Notes: generated by a model from the letters alone, not told the origin. DNA of 42,604 bases from a virus (IMGVR_UViG_3300027921_000010:1-42604); one strand, 5' to 3'; shown: positions 7,487 through 15,329, counted from the first letter of the stretch. Translations and numbers: made by a program.

Positions 7487-8503
7487 ATGAGCGAAAGACT
7501 CAATCATAACGACGTGATCGACCTGGCCTCCATCTTAGCTGGCGAGGCACACTCTCTGGGGTTTGGTCCGAAGGTGTTTCCGATACCGCGAGGCGGAGTC
7601 CCTGCCGCCTACGCCGTACTGGCGGCCGCGGGTCACTTTCAACTCACCCTCGACCCTGAAGAAGCCGACTTCTTCGTAGACGACATCATCGATTCCGGAA
7701 CCACCATGCGCAAGTGGTGTGATGAATTCCCCGGGAAGCCTTTCCTCGCCTTAATTGACAAAACCTCCTCCGATTGCCCATGGAAAGGCAAGTGGGTTGT
7801 GTTTCCGTGGGAAAAGGAACCCACGGAGGTGGAAGACGACTCTATTGTCTCGACCATCCGCAACCGTATGGAGCGCGTAGGGGCTCCCTACTTCGCCAAT
7901 GACTGCATTGCACCCTTCATCTTCTCAAATGAGAGGCATCTCCTCCAGCTAGAGGTGGAACAGCGAGTGGAGCATCTCCTCCGCGGCCTACTGATTGACG
8001 TTGACCGCGACCACAACACCCAGGATACCGCCAAGAGGGTTGCCAAGATGTACCTGAACGAGGTCTTCAAAGGACGCTACCACCCAGCTCCGAAGATCAC
8101 GGACTTCCCCAATGCGAAAAACCTGGACGAGATGTACGTCACCGGACCAATCACAATCCGCTCCGCTTGTAGCCACCATCTGGTGCCGATAGTCGGCCGC
8201 TGCTGGATCGGGATCATCCCGGGAGAGCGGGTCATCGGCCTGTCCAAGTTCAACCGGCTAGTCGACTGGATCGCTTCACGTCCACAAATCCAAGAAGAGA
8301 TGGTCGTCCAGATTGCCGATTACGTCGAGAATCGGGTTGCCCCTGAAGGCCTCGCTGTGGTTATTGAAGCTACCCACCTCTGCATGACTTGGCGCGGGGT
8401 TAAGGAGCCGGCCGAGGCGGCAATGACCACAAGCGTCATGCGGGGCTCCTTCCGAACCAAACCGGAGGCCAGGGCAGAATTTATGGCTTTGGTGAAGAAA
8501 TAA
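7487..8503 (+). CDS. folE: Fusion of an N-terminal purine phosphoribosyltransferase-like domain and GTP cyclohydrolase I
   Basis: N-terminus has PRGG, PRPP-binding FVDDIIDSGTT and WVVFPWE. C-terminus has DTAKRVAKMY, SACSHH, GLSKFNR, QIQEE, HLCMTWRGV. Start at ATG 7487. Confidence 0.93.
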   Translation: MSERLNHNDVIDLASILAGEAHSLGFGPKVFPIPRGGVPAAYAVLAAAGHFQLTLDPEEADFFVDDIIDSGTTMRKWCDEFPGKPFLALIDKTSSDCPWKGKWVVFPWEKEPTEVEDDSIVSTIRNRMERVGAPYFANDCIAPFIFSNERHLLQLEVEQRVEHLLRGLLIDVDRDHNTQDTAKRVAKMYLNEVFKGRYHPAPKITDFPNAKNLDEMYVTGPITIRSACSHHLVPIVGRCWIGIIPGERVIGLSKFNRLVDWIASRPQIQEEMVVQIADYVENRVAPEGLAVVIEATHLCMTWRGVKEPAEAAMTTSVMRGSFRTKPEARAEFMALVKK

Positions 8504-8570
8504 GTTGAATTAGTTGGTGGGGTGATTTATGATTAGGTCATTCCCACCGACTAAGGAGTTAGACATGACC
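8504..8570 (+). promoter_or_regulatory. Repeated expression leader, copy 1 (promoter, inverted repeat, RBS, ATGACC)
   Basis: TTGAAT-17 nt-TATGAT; TAGTTGGTGGG...CCCACCGACTA; TAAGGAG; near-identical to 8874-8940. Confidence 0.8.
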
Positions 8571-8759
8571 AAGGCCGAAAAACAAGCTATCGCCAAAGCT
8601 GCGATAAAAATGTCCGAATTGATAACTGAGTTCGGAAGGGATAATTGCGGGGTGGACGCATGGCAGCGTGGGCATGATTTGCCGCGTGGTGTCAAGTACG
8701 GTTTTTACTGTACCCGTGGGGCGGGATTCGTGACATGTTTCGTGAGGCCCGCCTCATAA
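8565..8759 (+). CDS. Small hypothetical protein (moron-like)
   Basis: TAAGGAG RBS before ATG 8565; own promoter and a downstream hairpin. Confidence 0.75.
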   Translation: MTKAEKQAIAKAAIKMSELITEFGRDNCGVDAWQRGHDLPRGVKYGFYCTRGAGFVTCFVRPAS

Positions 8760-8767
8760 CAGCAACG

Positions 8768-8807
8768 TGGTGCGGCCCGGCGCCTCGCCGCTGGGTACGC
8801 ACTATTT
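8768..8807 (+). terminator. Terminator-like hairpin
   Basis: GTGCGGCCCGGCG...CGCTGGGTACGCAC followed by TATTT. Confidence 0.5.
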
Positions 8808-8814
8808 CCCATAC

Positions 8815-8865
8815 TGGGACAAGTACCTCACGGACGGGGCTGGTCGCCCGCGCATCCGAGTTCAT
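8815..8865 (+). pseudogene. 17-codon fragment of a dpdA homologue
   Basis: Translates to WDKYLTDGAGRPRIRVH, identical to dpdA 9669-9719, with 10 third-position differences. Confidence 0.85.
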
Positions 8866-8873
8866 GAAAAAGG

Positions 8874-8940
8874 GTTGAACTAGTTGGTGGGGGTGGTGAT
8901 AATCTAATCATTCCCACCCACTAAGGAGTTCGACATGACC
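8874..8940 (+). promoter_or_regulatory. Repeated expression leader, copy 2
   Basis: TTGAAC-17 nt-GATAAT; GGTGGG...CCCACC; TAAGGAG; ATGACC. Confidence 0.8.
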
Positions 8941-9159
8941 TACGAAGAAAAAGCCAAAGCTGCAGCCCAACAACAAGCCTCTATTGGGGATTCATGCGGC
9001 TTAGATACGAATATCTACGGGGAATTCACGCTCGGCATATATGATACGTCAGTTAAGCCAGCGCAGTACTTTCAGCTTAAGTATAAGTCGGCCGAAGCCG
9101 CACGCAACGCAGCTAAGAACTTCGGCTTTGTTAAAGTTTTTGATCGTATTAGGGAATAA
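8935..9159 (+). CDS. Small hypothetical protein
   Basis: Strong RBS; TAATG overlap with dpdA. Confidence 0.75.
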   Translation: MTYEEKAKAAAQQQASIGDSCGLDTNIYGEFTLGIYDTSVKPAQYFQLKYKSAEAARNAAKNFGFVKVFDRIRE

Positions 9160-10103
9160 TGAAGCTATACATCGCTGGGATCTATACCTCCAATTTCAAA
9201 ATTGGGGGTTCCCTCTACAATCGCTTGACGGACGGGGAAAAGGCCCTCCGTCACAGCGTGTCCTGCGTCCTGGAATCCTACCACTACATCGGGCGCCAAT
9301 CGTATGTTGACGCCCTGCGGACCGACAAGCAAAAGGTGTTCTTAGACTCGGGGGCCTTCTCGGCCTTCACCAAGGGCATCGAAGTCGACCTCCCCGCCTA
9401 CTGCGAGTATGTCAAGCGGAACATTGACATCATTGAGCACGTTGACGGCGTCCCATTAGCGTCGGTCCTGGACGGTATTGGTGATCCCCTGAAGACCTGG
9501 CAAAACCAGCAGGCTATGGAGCGCCTTGGCGTTCGGCCGCTGCCTTGCTTTCACTATGGTGAAGATGAACGATACCTTGAGTGGTATCTGGCCAATTATG
9601 ACTACATCACCCTGGGAGGCATGGTACCCATCTCGACCAAAGACCTTTTGATCTGGCTAGATCGCATCTGGGACAAATACCTGACCGACGGGGCAGGGCG
9701 ACCCCGTATCCGCGTTCACGGGTTTGGTCTCACTGCATATGTCTTGATGCAACGCTACCCGTGGTTCTCCGTTGACTCATCATCCTGGGTCCAGCAGGCG
9801 GCTAACGGCAACATCGTCTTGACCGACTATCGCTTTGGCTCGGTGATCTACCTCCCAGTTTCGGACAAGAGCCCTACCCGTCGCCAAGATGGGCGCCACA
9901 TTGACACTATGACCGAGATCGAGCGGGGACTTCTATGGGAGCACGCCAAGAAGTCCGGCTCGAATATTGAGCGCCTGAAGGCCGAGTACGTGAGTCGCTG
10001 GTGCTATAATATTGCCAGCTACGACAAGCTCGGGAAGATCCTGACCGACTTGACCAAGACCTTCAAGGCCGACCAGCAAGACCTATTTCAAGGACTCTTA
10101 TGA
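9159..10103 (+). CDS. dpdA: DNA-guanine transglycosylase (TGT-fold, DpdA family)
   Basis: FLDSGAFS, LDGIGD, PCFHYGE, LGGMV, VHGFG, SVDSSSW; clustered with folE/queDEC. DpdA subtype not assignable by eye. Confidence 0.88.
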   Translation: MKLYIAGIYTSNFKIGGSLYNRLTDGEKALRHSVSCVLESYHYIGRQSYVDALRTDKQKVFLDSGAFSAFTKGIEVDLPAYCEYVKRNIDIIEHVDGVPLASVLDGIGDPLKTWQNQQAMERLGVRPLPCFHYGEDERYLEWYLANYDYITLGGMVPISTKDLLIWLDRIWDKYLTDGAGRPRIRVHGFGLTAYVLMQRYPWFSVDSSSWVQQAANGNIVLTDYRFGSVIYLPVSDKSPTRRQDGRHIDTMTEIERGLLWEHAKKSGSNIERLKAEYVSRWCYNIASYDKLGKILTDLTKTFKADQQDLFQGLL

Positions 10104-10279
10104 TGGAAAGCTACCTGCTAGGCCAACGAGTAATCCTGAATGGTAAGGAAATTGGGACCGTAGTAAAACCGGAAACTGGGGGGACCCATTTTGGACTGTG
10201 GGTGTACTCCCCATCTAAAGGATACGCTAGTGACTACGCCCTAACATCGGTGAAACCTTTACCCGGCGGGCAGCTATAA
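10100..10279 (+). CDS. 59-aa hypothetical protein (not in the ORF track)
   Basis: MMESYLLGQRVILNGKEIGTVVKP...PGGQL*. ATGA overlap with dpdA and TAATG overlap with the next gene; fills the gap exactly. Confidence 0.75.
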   Translation: MMESYLLGQRVILNGKEIGTVVKPETGGTHFGLWVYSPSKGYASDYALTSVKPLPGGQL

Positions 10280-11229
10280 TGCTTGACTCCCTTCGCTTCG
10301 TTCAAGGCGCTGTGGCTAAGAAGGACTTTGTGCCGGCCCTTACTCACTTCCAGATCAAGGATAAGTTTATCCTTGGCTTCAACGGGATGCTGGGACTGCG
10401 AAGCCCTATAGCCCTTGACCTGGACGTCAACCCCAAGGCCATCCAGCTCATCAAAGCCATTCAGACGTGCAAAGACACCATTCAACTGAACCTCACACCG
10501 GCTAAGCGCCTGTCGGTGAAATCCGGAAAATTCAAGGCCCTGATAGACTGTATTGAGGGCGATTACCCGGAGATTGTTCCGGAGGGTGTTGAGATCCAAG
10601 TGAGGGGCGATCTGCTTCATGGGTTGAGGGTCCTGGCCCCTTTCATTGCAGACGACGCTTCCAGGCCCTGGGCTCGGGGTATCCTTCTCCGCGGTCAATC
10701 GGGCTACGCCACCAACAATATCGTAGTCGTGGAATACTGGCTGGGCTATGATTTTCCGGTCGCGTTGAACATCCCCAAAGCCGCAGTGATGGAGCTCCTC
10801 CGCATTGGAGAAGAGCCTATCATGCTGCAAGTAGCCGAAGGTAGCGTCACCTTTCATTTCCCCGGAGATCGCTGGCTGCGGTCGCAAACGTACACGACTG
10901 AGTGGCCTGCCGTCCACTCGATCCTCGACCGACCGTCAACTCCAATTCCCATTCCAGAGGGTATGTGGGAGGCGATTGAAAGTCTGCTCCCGTTTGTCGA
11001 TGAACAAGGGCGCCTGTACTTCTCAGACGGCACTATAACCACAGGCCATGGTGAAGGGGCAGGGGCTGCAGTAGATGTCCCGGCCATCAAGGCTAAAGGA
11101 TGCTTCAATGTCGCTCAGATCCAGTTGCTTAAAGGGGTGTCCGAAACACTAGATTTGACCGGGTACCCAGGGCCTTGCGCCTTCTTTGGGGATCGCTTGC
11201 GCGGGGCCATAGTTGGTATTCGGAAGTGA
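10279..11229 (+). CDS. DNA polymerase III beta-subunit-like sliding clamp
   Basis: 316 aa. N-terminus L..VQGAVAKK..VPAL.H, then DYP and SRP..RGI segments like DnaN; directly upstream of polA. Confidence 0.75.
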   Translation: MLDSLRFVQGAVAKKDFVPALTHFQIKDKFILGFNGMLGLRSPIALDLDVNPKAIQLIKAIQTCKDTIQLNLTPAKRLSVKSGKFKALIDCIEGDYPEIVPEGVEIQVRGDLLHGLRVLAPFIADDASRPWARGILLRGQSGYATNNIVVVEYWLGYDFPVALNIPKAAVMELLRIGEEPIMLQVAEGSVTFHFPGDRWLRSQTYTTEWPAVHSILDRPSTPIPIPEGMWEAIESLLPFVDEQGRLYFSDGTITTGHGEGAGAAVDVPAIKAKGCFNVAQIQLLKGVSETLDLTGYPGPCAFFGDRLRGAIVGIRK

Positions 11230-13202
11230 GGACTGACTCCATAGGCATGTTCTGGCATGATGAGCCTGTGGCTAGGAGAGGGGAGAAGGTCCAACGGAAC
11301 CAACCGCCTATCCCGGACACCGGCTGGCTCCCACCGATTTATTTCCCGGACCTATCCTCCGCCGCGTGCATCTCAGTCGACTGCGAGACCTATGACCCCG
11401 AACTGATTGATCATGGGCCTGGCTGGGCTCGGGGTAAGGGTCATATTGTCGGGGTGGCAATAGGTGTGCCGGGGGGCCATCGCTGGTATTTCCCGATGCG
11501 CCACACCATTGAGCCAGAGATGAATCTCCCCCCTGAACGGGTACTTACCTGGCTCGCGGACACGCTCGGTAACGCGCGTCAACCAAAGGTAGGGGCCAAC
11601 CTCCTATACGACGTTGGATGGCTCGCCCATGAGGGTGTCCGCGTGTGTGGGGAGCTAGTGGACGTCCAGTACGCCGAAGCTTTATTAGACGAGCGGGCCG
11701 AGGTCGCCCTAGAGGTCTTAGGTCAGAAATACCTAGGAGAAGGCAAGCATTCCAACCTTCTCTATCAGTGGTGCTCGGACTTCTATTGCGGGGCTGCCAA
11801 TCATAATCAGCGGGCGAACATCTACCGAGCCCCGCCAAGACTGGTCGGCCCTTACGCCGAAAGAGACGCCGATCTGCCCCTGCGAGTGGCCGCGGTGATC
11901 TTTCCGAAGTTGGTGGCGGAAGGACTTCTTGACTTATTCCGGATGGAATGTGCCTTGATTCCACTGCTGGTAGCTATGCGGATGGCCGGGGTATCCGTCA
12001 ACATCGCCCGGGCCGAGGAACTCCGCGATACCCTTGCCAAGCGTGAGGCGTTGGAGGTCGAGAAGCTGACGGCCCTAGCTGGCTCCCGTGTGGATATTAA
12101 CTCCGCCGATAGCCTAGCCAAGGTGTTCGACCGGGCAGGCCTGACTTACAACAAGACGGTTAAAGGCAAGCCCAGCTTCACAAAAGATTTTTTGAAGGCC
12201 GTGGAACACCCGATTGCCGACAGCATCCGCGAGATCCGCAAGCTGTCCAAGCTGCGCGGCACCTTTGTCGAATCCTACATCCTCAATTCGCATGTCGATG
12301 GCAAGGTCTATGGCCAATTCCACCTACTGCGTGGCGACGAAGGCGGCACCCGTTCTGGCCGCCTATCTAGCTCGACGCCGAACCTGCAGAACCTCCCAAG
12401 CCGAGATGACGAGCTGGCCCCACTGGTTCGCGGTCTCTTTATCCCGGACGCTGGACACTTTCAGTGGCGCAAGTACGACTACAGCCAAATCGAGTATCGC
12501 TTTCTGATTCACTTCGCTGTCGGGCCGGGCTCGGACGAGATTCGGGCCTACTTCAACATCCACCCAGATACCGACTACCACGACCGGACGCGCGATCTGG
12601 TCCACGAAGAAACAGGCATCCTCCTGGACCGTCGCCCTATCAAGAACATCAACTTCGGCTTGATCTACGGCATGGGCGTCGACAAACTGTCTCGGGGGCT
12701 TGGCCTCACGCCAGCGAAAGGGAAGGAACTGTTCGCCGCTTACCACAGGGGCGTGTCCTTCGCCAAACCGACCATGGACGCCTGTTCGGAGGAGGCTTCC
12801 TCGACCGGAATCATCACGACTATCCTAGGCCGCAAGTCTCGTTTCGATCTGTGGGAGCCAGGCGGCTGGGATAGGGAAACCATCGCCTTGCCCTACGAGA
12901 AGGCTATCCTCAAATACGGAAACATTCGGAGGGCCTACACGCACAAGGCCCTTAACCGGCGCTTACAGGGATCGTCCGCCGATTTACTCAAGAAGGCCAT
13001 GCTAAGGTGCTGGGAGGACGGAATCTTCGCAGAAACAGGCGTTCCGCGCCTCACGGTCCATGACGAGCTCGATTTCAGCGACCCAGGCGGAAAAGACGAT
13101 GCTTTCCGCGAGATGCAGCGAGTTCTTGAAACAACCATTCCCTTACGCATCCCGGTCAGGGCAGATGGTGAAGTCGGGCCAGACTGGGGCCACGTCAAAT
13201 AA
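11226..13202 (+). CDS. polA: Family A DNA polymerase with 3'-5' exonuclease
   Basis: ExoI DCET, ExoII NLLYD, ExoIII YAERD; GRLSS..PNLQN; motif A DYSQIE; motif B KNINFGLIYG (Phe at the 762-equivalent position); motif C VHDEL. Start GTG 11226 (GTGA overlap). Confidence 0.97.
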   Translation: MRTDSIGMFWHDEPVARRGEKVQRNQPPIPDTGWLPPIYFPDLSSAACISVDCETYDPELIDHGPGWARGKGHIVGVAIGVPGGHRWYFPMRHTIEPEMNLPPERVLTWLADTLGNARQPKVGANLLYDVGWLAHEGVRVCGELVDVQYAEALLDERAEVALEVLGQKYLGEGKHSNLLYQWCSDFYCGAANHNQRANIYRAPPRLVGPYAERDADLPLRVAAVIFPKLVAEGLLDLFRMECALIPLLVAMRMAGVSVNIARAEELRDTLAKREALEVEKLTALAGSRVDINSADSLAKVFDRAGLTYNKTVKGKPSFTKDFLKAVEHPIADSIREIRKLSKLRGTFVESYILNSHVDGKVYGQFHLLRGDEGGTRSGRLSSSTPNLQNLPSRDDELAPLVRGLFIPDAGHFQWRKYDYSQIEYRFLIHFAVGPGSDEIRAYFNIHPDTDYHDRTRDLVHEETGILLDRRPIKNINFGLIYGMGVDKLSRGLGLTPAKGKELFAAYHRGVSFAKPTMDACSEEASSTGIITTILGRKSRFDLWEPGGWDRETIALPYEKAILKYGNIRRAYTHKALNRRLQGSSADLLKKAMLRCWEDGIFAETGVPRLTVHDELDFSDPGGKDDAFREMQRVLETTIPLRIPVRADGEVGPDWGHVK

Positions 13203-13224
13203 TTCTAAAAAGTTACGATTTGGT

Positions 13225-13260
13225 GGTGTCTCTTTGGATTGGACACCCTATAATCTAATC
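13225..13260 (+). promoter_or_regulatory. Putative promoter of the accessory region
   Basis: TATAAT at 13249 followed by CTAATCA (as at 8904); GGTGTC/GACACC inverted repeat upstream; weak -35. Confidence 0.5.
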
Positions 13261-13283
13261 ACCCTAACGCACCGGAGAACGAA

Positions 13284-13568
13284 ATGACCGACGAAAAAGT
13301 TACTGTTATTGCGACCCCTAAGGATGCCATCAAGCTTCTGAAACGCCAGCGCGGAAAGGGCATGGCCCTGTTCATAAGCGTTGGCCAACTCGCCCCTATC
13401 GAAGGTGAGGAAGGGCGGGTGTTCCCTATCCTTGGCAACGTCCGTGTTACCCTGGGAGCCGCGGTGAGATTTATCGAGGGAGCCTACAGCGAGACCCTGG
13501 CCGCTCGCGGGGCTCGCATCCGGGTCACGACCTGGGGAAAGTGCATCTTTATTGGAGACGCAGCATGA
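13284..13568 (+). CDS. Hypothetical protein
   Basis: GGAG RBS; 94 aa. Confidence 0.75.
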   Translation: MTDEKVTVIATPKDAIKLLKRQRGKGMALFISVGQLAPIEGEEGRVFPILGNVRVTLGAAVRFIEGAYSETLAARGARIRVTTWGKCIFIGDAA

Positions 13569-13720
13569 AAAGAGACGCCCTTGTAGCCTTTTTGAAGGAA
13601 CTCGGCTGGGCGGTCGACAAGTACGGCCACCTTCAGAAGACCATCGGCCCGAAGAAGTACCGGGTCCCGCTGCAAGCGATAGTTAGATTTGGAGGATTGA
13701 CAAATGAAATGGGAAATTGA
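13565..13720 (+). CDS. 51-aa hypothetical protein (not in the ORF track)
   Basis: ATGA overlap; MKRDALVAFLKELGWAVDKYGHLQK... Confidence 0.65.
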   Translation: MKRDALVAFLKELGWAVDKYGHLQKTIGPKKYRVPLQAIVRFGGLTNEMGN

Positions 13721-14006
13721 CTCGCGGGAATATGCCCGTGGGGAAGTGCTCTATCTTGGCCCGTGGCAAGTCGGCGGCGCGCATTACGACGGAACGACAG
13801 CAAAAACCGCAAAAGACAAATACCGAGCGACTTGCGATCTACCTGGGATTGGCCGACTTGGGTTGTACGAAACGCGCGAACTGGCAAAGCAGCGCGTAGA
13901 AAAGGCGGTGTGGTCATGGCTGGATAAGCTGCCACATATGAATTTAACACGCCAGGGAGTAGATTGTATAAATCACCCTGGAAAAACCATCTACGAGGAA
14001 AAATAA
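13704..14006 (+). CDS. Hypothetical protein
   Basis: GGAGG RBS; 100 aa. Confidence 0.75.
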   Translation: MKWEIDSREYARGEVLYLGPWQVGGAHYDGTTAKTAKDKYRATCDLPGIGRLGLYETRELAKQRVEKAVWSWLDKLPHMNLTRQGVDCINHPGKTIYEEK

Positions 14007-14204
14007 ATGAGTGCTATACCGCTTTTGATCGCTTTTGTCTTCATCGTGCTTATGGCTGTAGTGGGTCAAGGCGATTATGAGGAAGCCAAGGCCCAGGAAA
14101 AACGTTATTGTCAAATGGTGGCCGCTGGGTATTGGCCGGATTACCTTGCCACCTATAGTACTCAGTGCCTGAAAGCATCTGGCCGGGTTCCATGCAACAA
14201 TTGA
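14007..14204 (+). CDS. Small membrane-anchored phage protein
   Basis: N-terminal hydrophobic helix, then G.GDYEEA....YC.MV..G.WPDY. Confidence 0.75.
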   Translation: MSAIPLLIAFVFIVLMAVVGQGDYEEAKAQEKRYCQMVAAGYWPDYLATYSTQCLKASGRVPCNN

Positions 14205-14309
14205 GCACCGAAGGCGTCTGATGGGTGCGCGGATTCATCGCGGCGGGTGGGTAGTTTCGCCCGTCCGCGTTCTGCTAGATTTACGATTGATATTCTGGAT
14301 TGGATAACG

Positions 14310-14528
14310 ATGACCCGAGTTGAATTGAACGAGGGCAGCTATGCGTTTGTGCTGGCCCAGGTGGCACTGCTGAACTGCGAGGTTGCAGGTATGCAAGCCG
14401 AGAACCAGCATCGCATGAACTGCGGACTGTCGATTGCCTACGGCGCCGCCGAGTTCGCTGGCGTGCGCCAGCAGTACGAGGCACTGATTGGCAGCAATGA
14501 AATTCTGAACATGGTCGGGCGTGCATGA
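14310..14528 (+). CDS. Hypothetical protein
   Basis: ATG 14310 within track ORF 14247..14528; GM.AENQHR..CG.SIAY motif. Confidence 0.65.
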   Translation: MTRVELNEGSYAFVLAQVALLNCEVAGMQAENQHRMNCGLSIAYGAAEFAGVRQQYEALIGSNEILNMVGRA

Positions 14529-14644
14529 ACATCTGTTTGTCCGAGAAGCGTAACCCGTTCTCGCGTTGCCACAACAATCGTGACCACAACAATGGATTGC
14601 AACACGCTGCGGATGCTATCCGGGCGCGCCCAACGCCAGTTTAA
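14525..14644 (+). CDS. 39-aa hypothetical or remnant ORF running into the attC-like site
   Basis: ATGA overlap with the upstream gene; ends ADAIRARPTPV*. Confidence 0.4.
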   Translation: MNICLSEKRNPFSRCHNNRDHNNGLQHAADAIRARPTPV

Positions 14645-14709
14645 GCGGGCGCGGCGATTAACGAAGGCGAGCCGGCATGTTGCCGGTCCGCTCGATGAGC
14701 TTGTTGGGC
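14628..14709 (-). mobile_element. Integron attC-like recombination site 1
   Basis: Minus strand: R'' GCCCAAC-5 nt-L'' CATCGAGC ... L' GCTTAAA-5 nt-R' GTTGGGC; 82-bp imperfect palindrome. Confidence 0.7.
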
Positions 14710-14737
14710 ATGACAACGCAAAATAAACGTTACTTAT

Positions 14738-14757
14738 TTATATCCAATGGATATAAT
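14738..14757 (+). promoter_or_regulatory. -10 box within a palindromic operator-like site
   Basis: TTATATCCA-A-TGGATATAA overlapping TATAAT (14752-14757); CAGGAG RBS before ATG 14800. Confidence 0.6.
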
Positions 14758-14799
14758 AGAGTCATGTTCAACAAGGCGCGAAGCCCACAGGAGTAGATC

Positions 14800-15117
14800 A
14801 TGACAGACTCATCGACCTTTACAGTAGTGCTTGCAGACGAGCAAATTCCCCGTGGGGTGTATCGCCCACGGAATTTGCTGTCCGAGGGGTTTTACCGAGT
14901 CACATCGATAGTGGAGGGACTTTCGGAAAGTCTCCCGCCCTGCCTGCGGGGGCTGTACAGGGACGGCGTGATCGTCCCTGGCCAAGTACTGTTTTTCCGT
15001 CTGTGTACAGACACAGACTACACCCCAGCTGGGAGTAATGACGGAATCAGGGACTCTGGAAGTTCCCATACGACCGAATACCGTAGGTATTTCGGCGACG
15101 AAAATGAATACAAATGA
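14800..15117 (+). CDS. Hypothetical protein (cassette cargo)
   Basis: AGGAG RBS, own promoter, lies between the two attC-like sites. Confidence 0.7.
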   Translation: MTDSSTFTVVLADEQIPRGVYRPRNLLSEGFYRVTSIVEGLSESLPPCLRGLYRDGVIVPGQVLFFRLCTDTDYTPAGSNDGIRDSGSSHTTEYRRYFGDENEYK

Positions 15118-15254
15118 CCAACGCCACCAGCATCAAAGTGGCAACGGTGGGAGGGACAGTCCCGCCGCACGACGGAAATCCCGTATGCCCACTGGACGCT
15201 TTTTTGCTGATGGTTGGCGCACACCCGGAAATGAAAGGGGTGCCCAACGTCTAG
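15114..15254 (+). CDS. 46-aa hypothetical ORF ending inside the attC-like site
   Basis: ATGA overlap with 14800..15117; MTNATSIKV...KGVPNV*. Confidence 0.45.
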   Translation: MTNATSIKVATVGGTVPPHDGNPVCPLDAFLLMVGAHPEMKGVPNV

Positions 15255-15307
15255 GGTAACCGGCAAGCCGGCATTTTGGCTTGTCCGAGTTGACCCGATT
15301 GTTGGGC
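15242..15307 (-). mobile_element. Integron attC-like recombination site 2
   Basis: Minus strand: R'' GCCCAAC-AATCG-L'' GGTCAACT-CGGACAAGCC-loop-GGCTTGCC-L' GGTTACC-CTAGAC-R' GTTGGGC. 66 bp, canonical 5/6-nt spacers, extra C at L'' position 4. Confidence 0.8.
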
Positions 15308-15329
15308 ATGACAACTTAGGAGAATGGAA

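Noticed and set aside
8504-8940. Direct repeats read as a CRISPR mini-array with the dpdA fragment as spacer
   Set aside because: The repeats are ~67 bp, 370 nt apart, imperfect, and consist of promoter, RBS and start codon. The interval contains a whole ORF and no cas1/cas2 or effector genes are present.
8815-9719. dpdA duplicate read as a DGR template/variable repeat pair
   Set aside because: The differences are at third codon positions and involve all four bases rather than adenines only; no reverse transcriptase is encoded.
6225-10103. QueC plus TGT-fold protein read as a Qat or CBASS-type defence system, or as tRNA queuosine synthesis
   Set aside because: The full FolE/QueD/QueE pathway in a phage replication operon, with no cyclase, QatA-like ATPase, queF or queA, fits DNA modification better.
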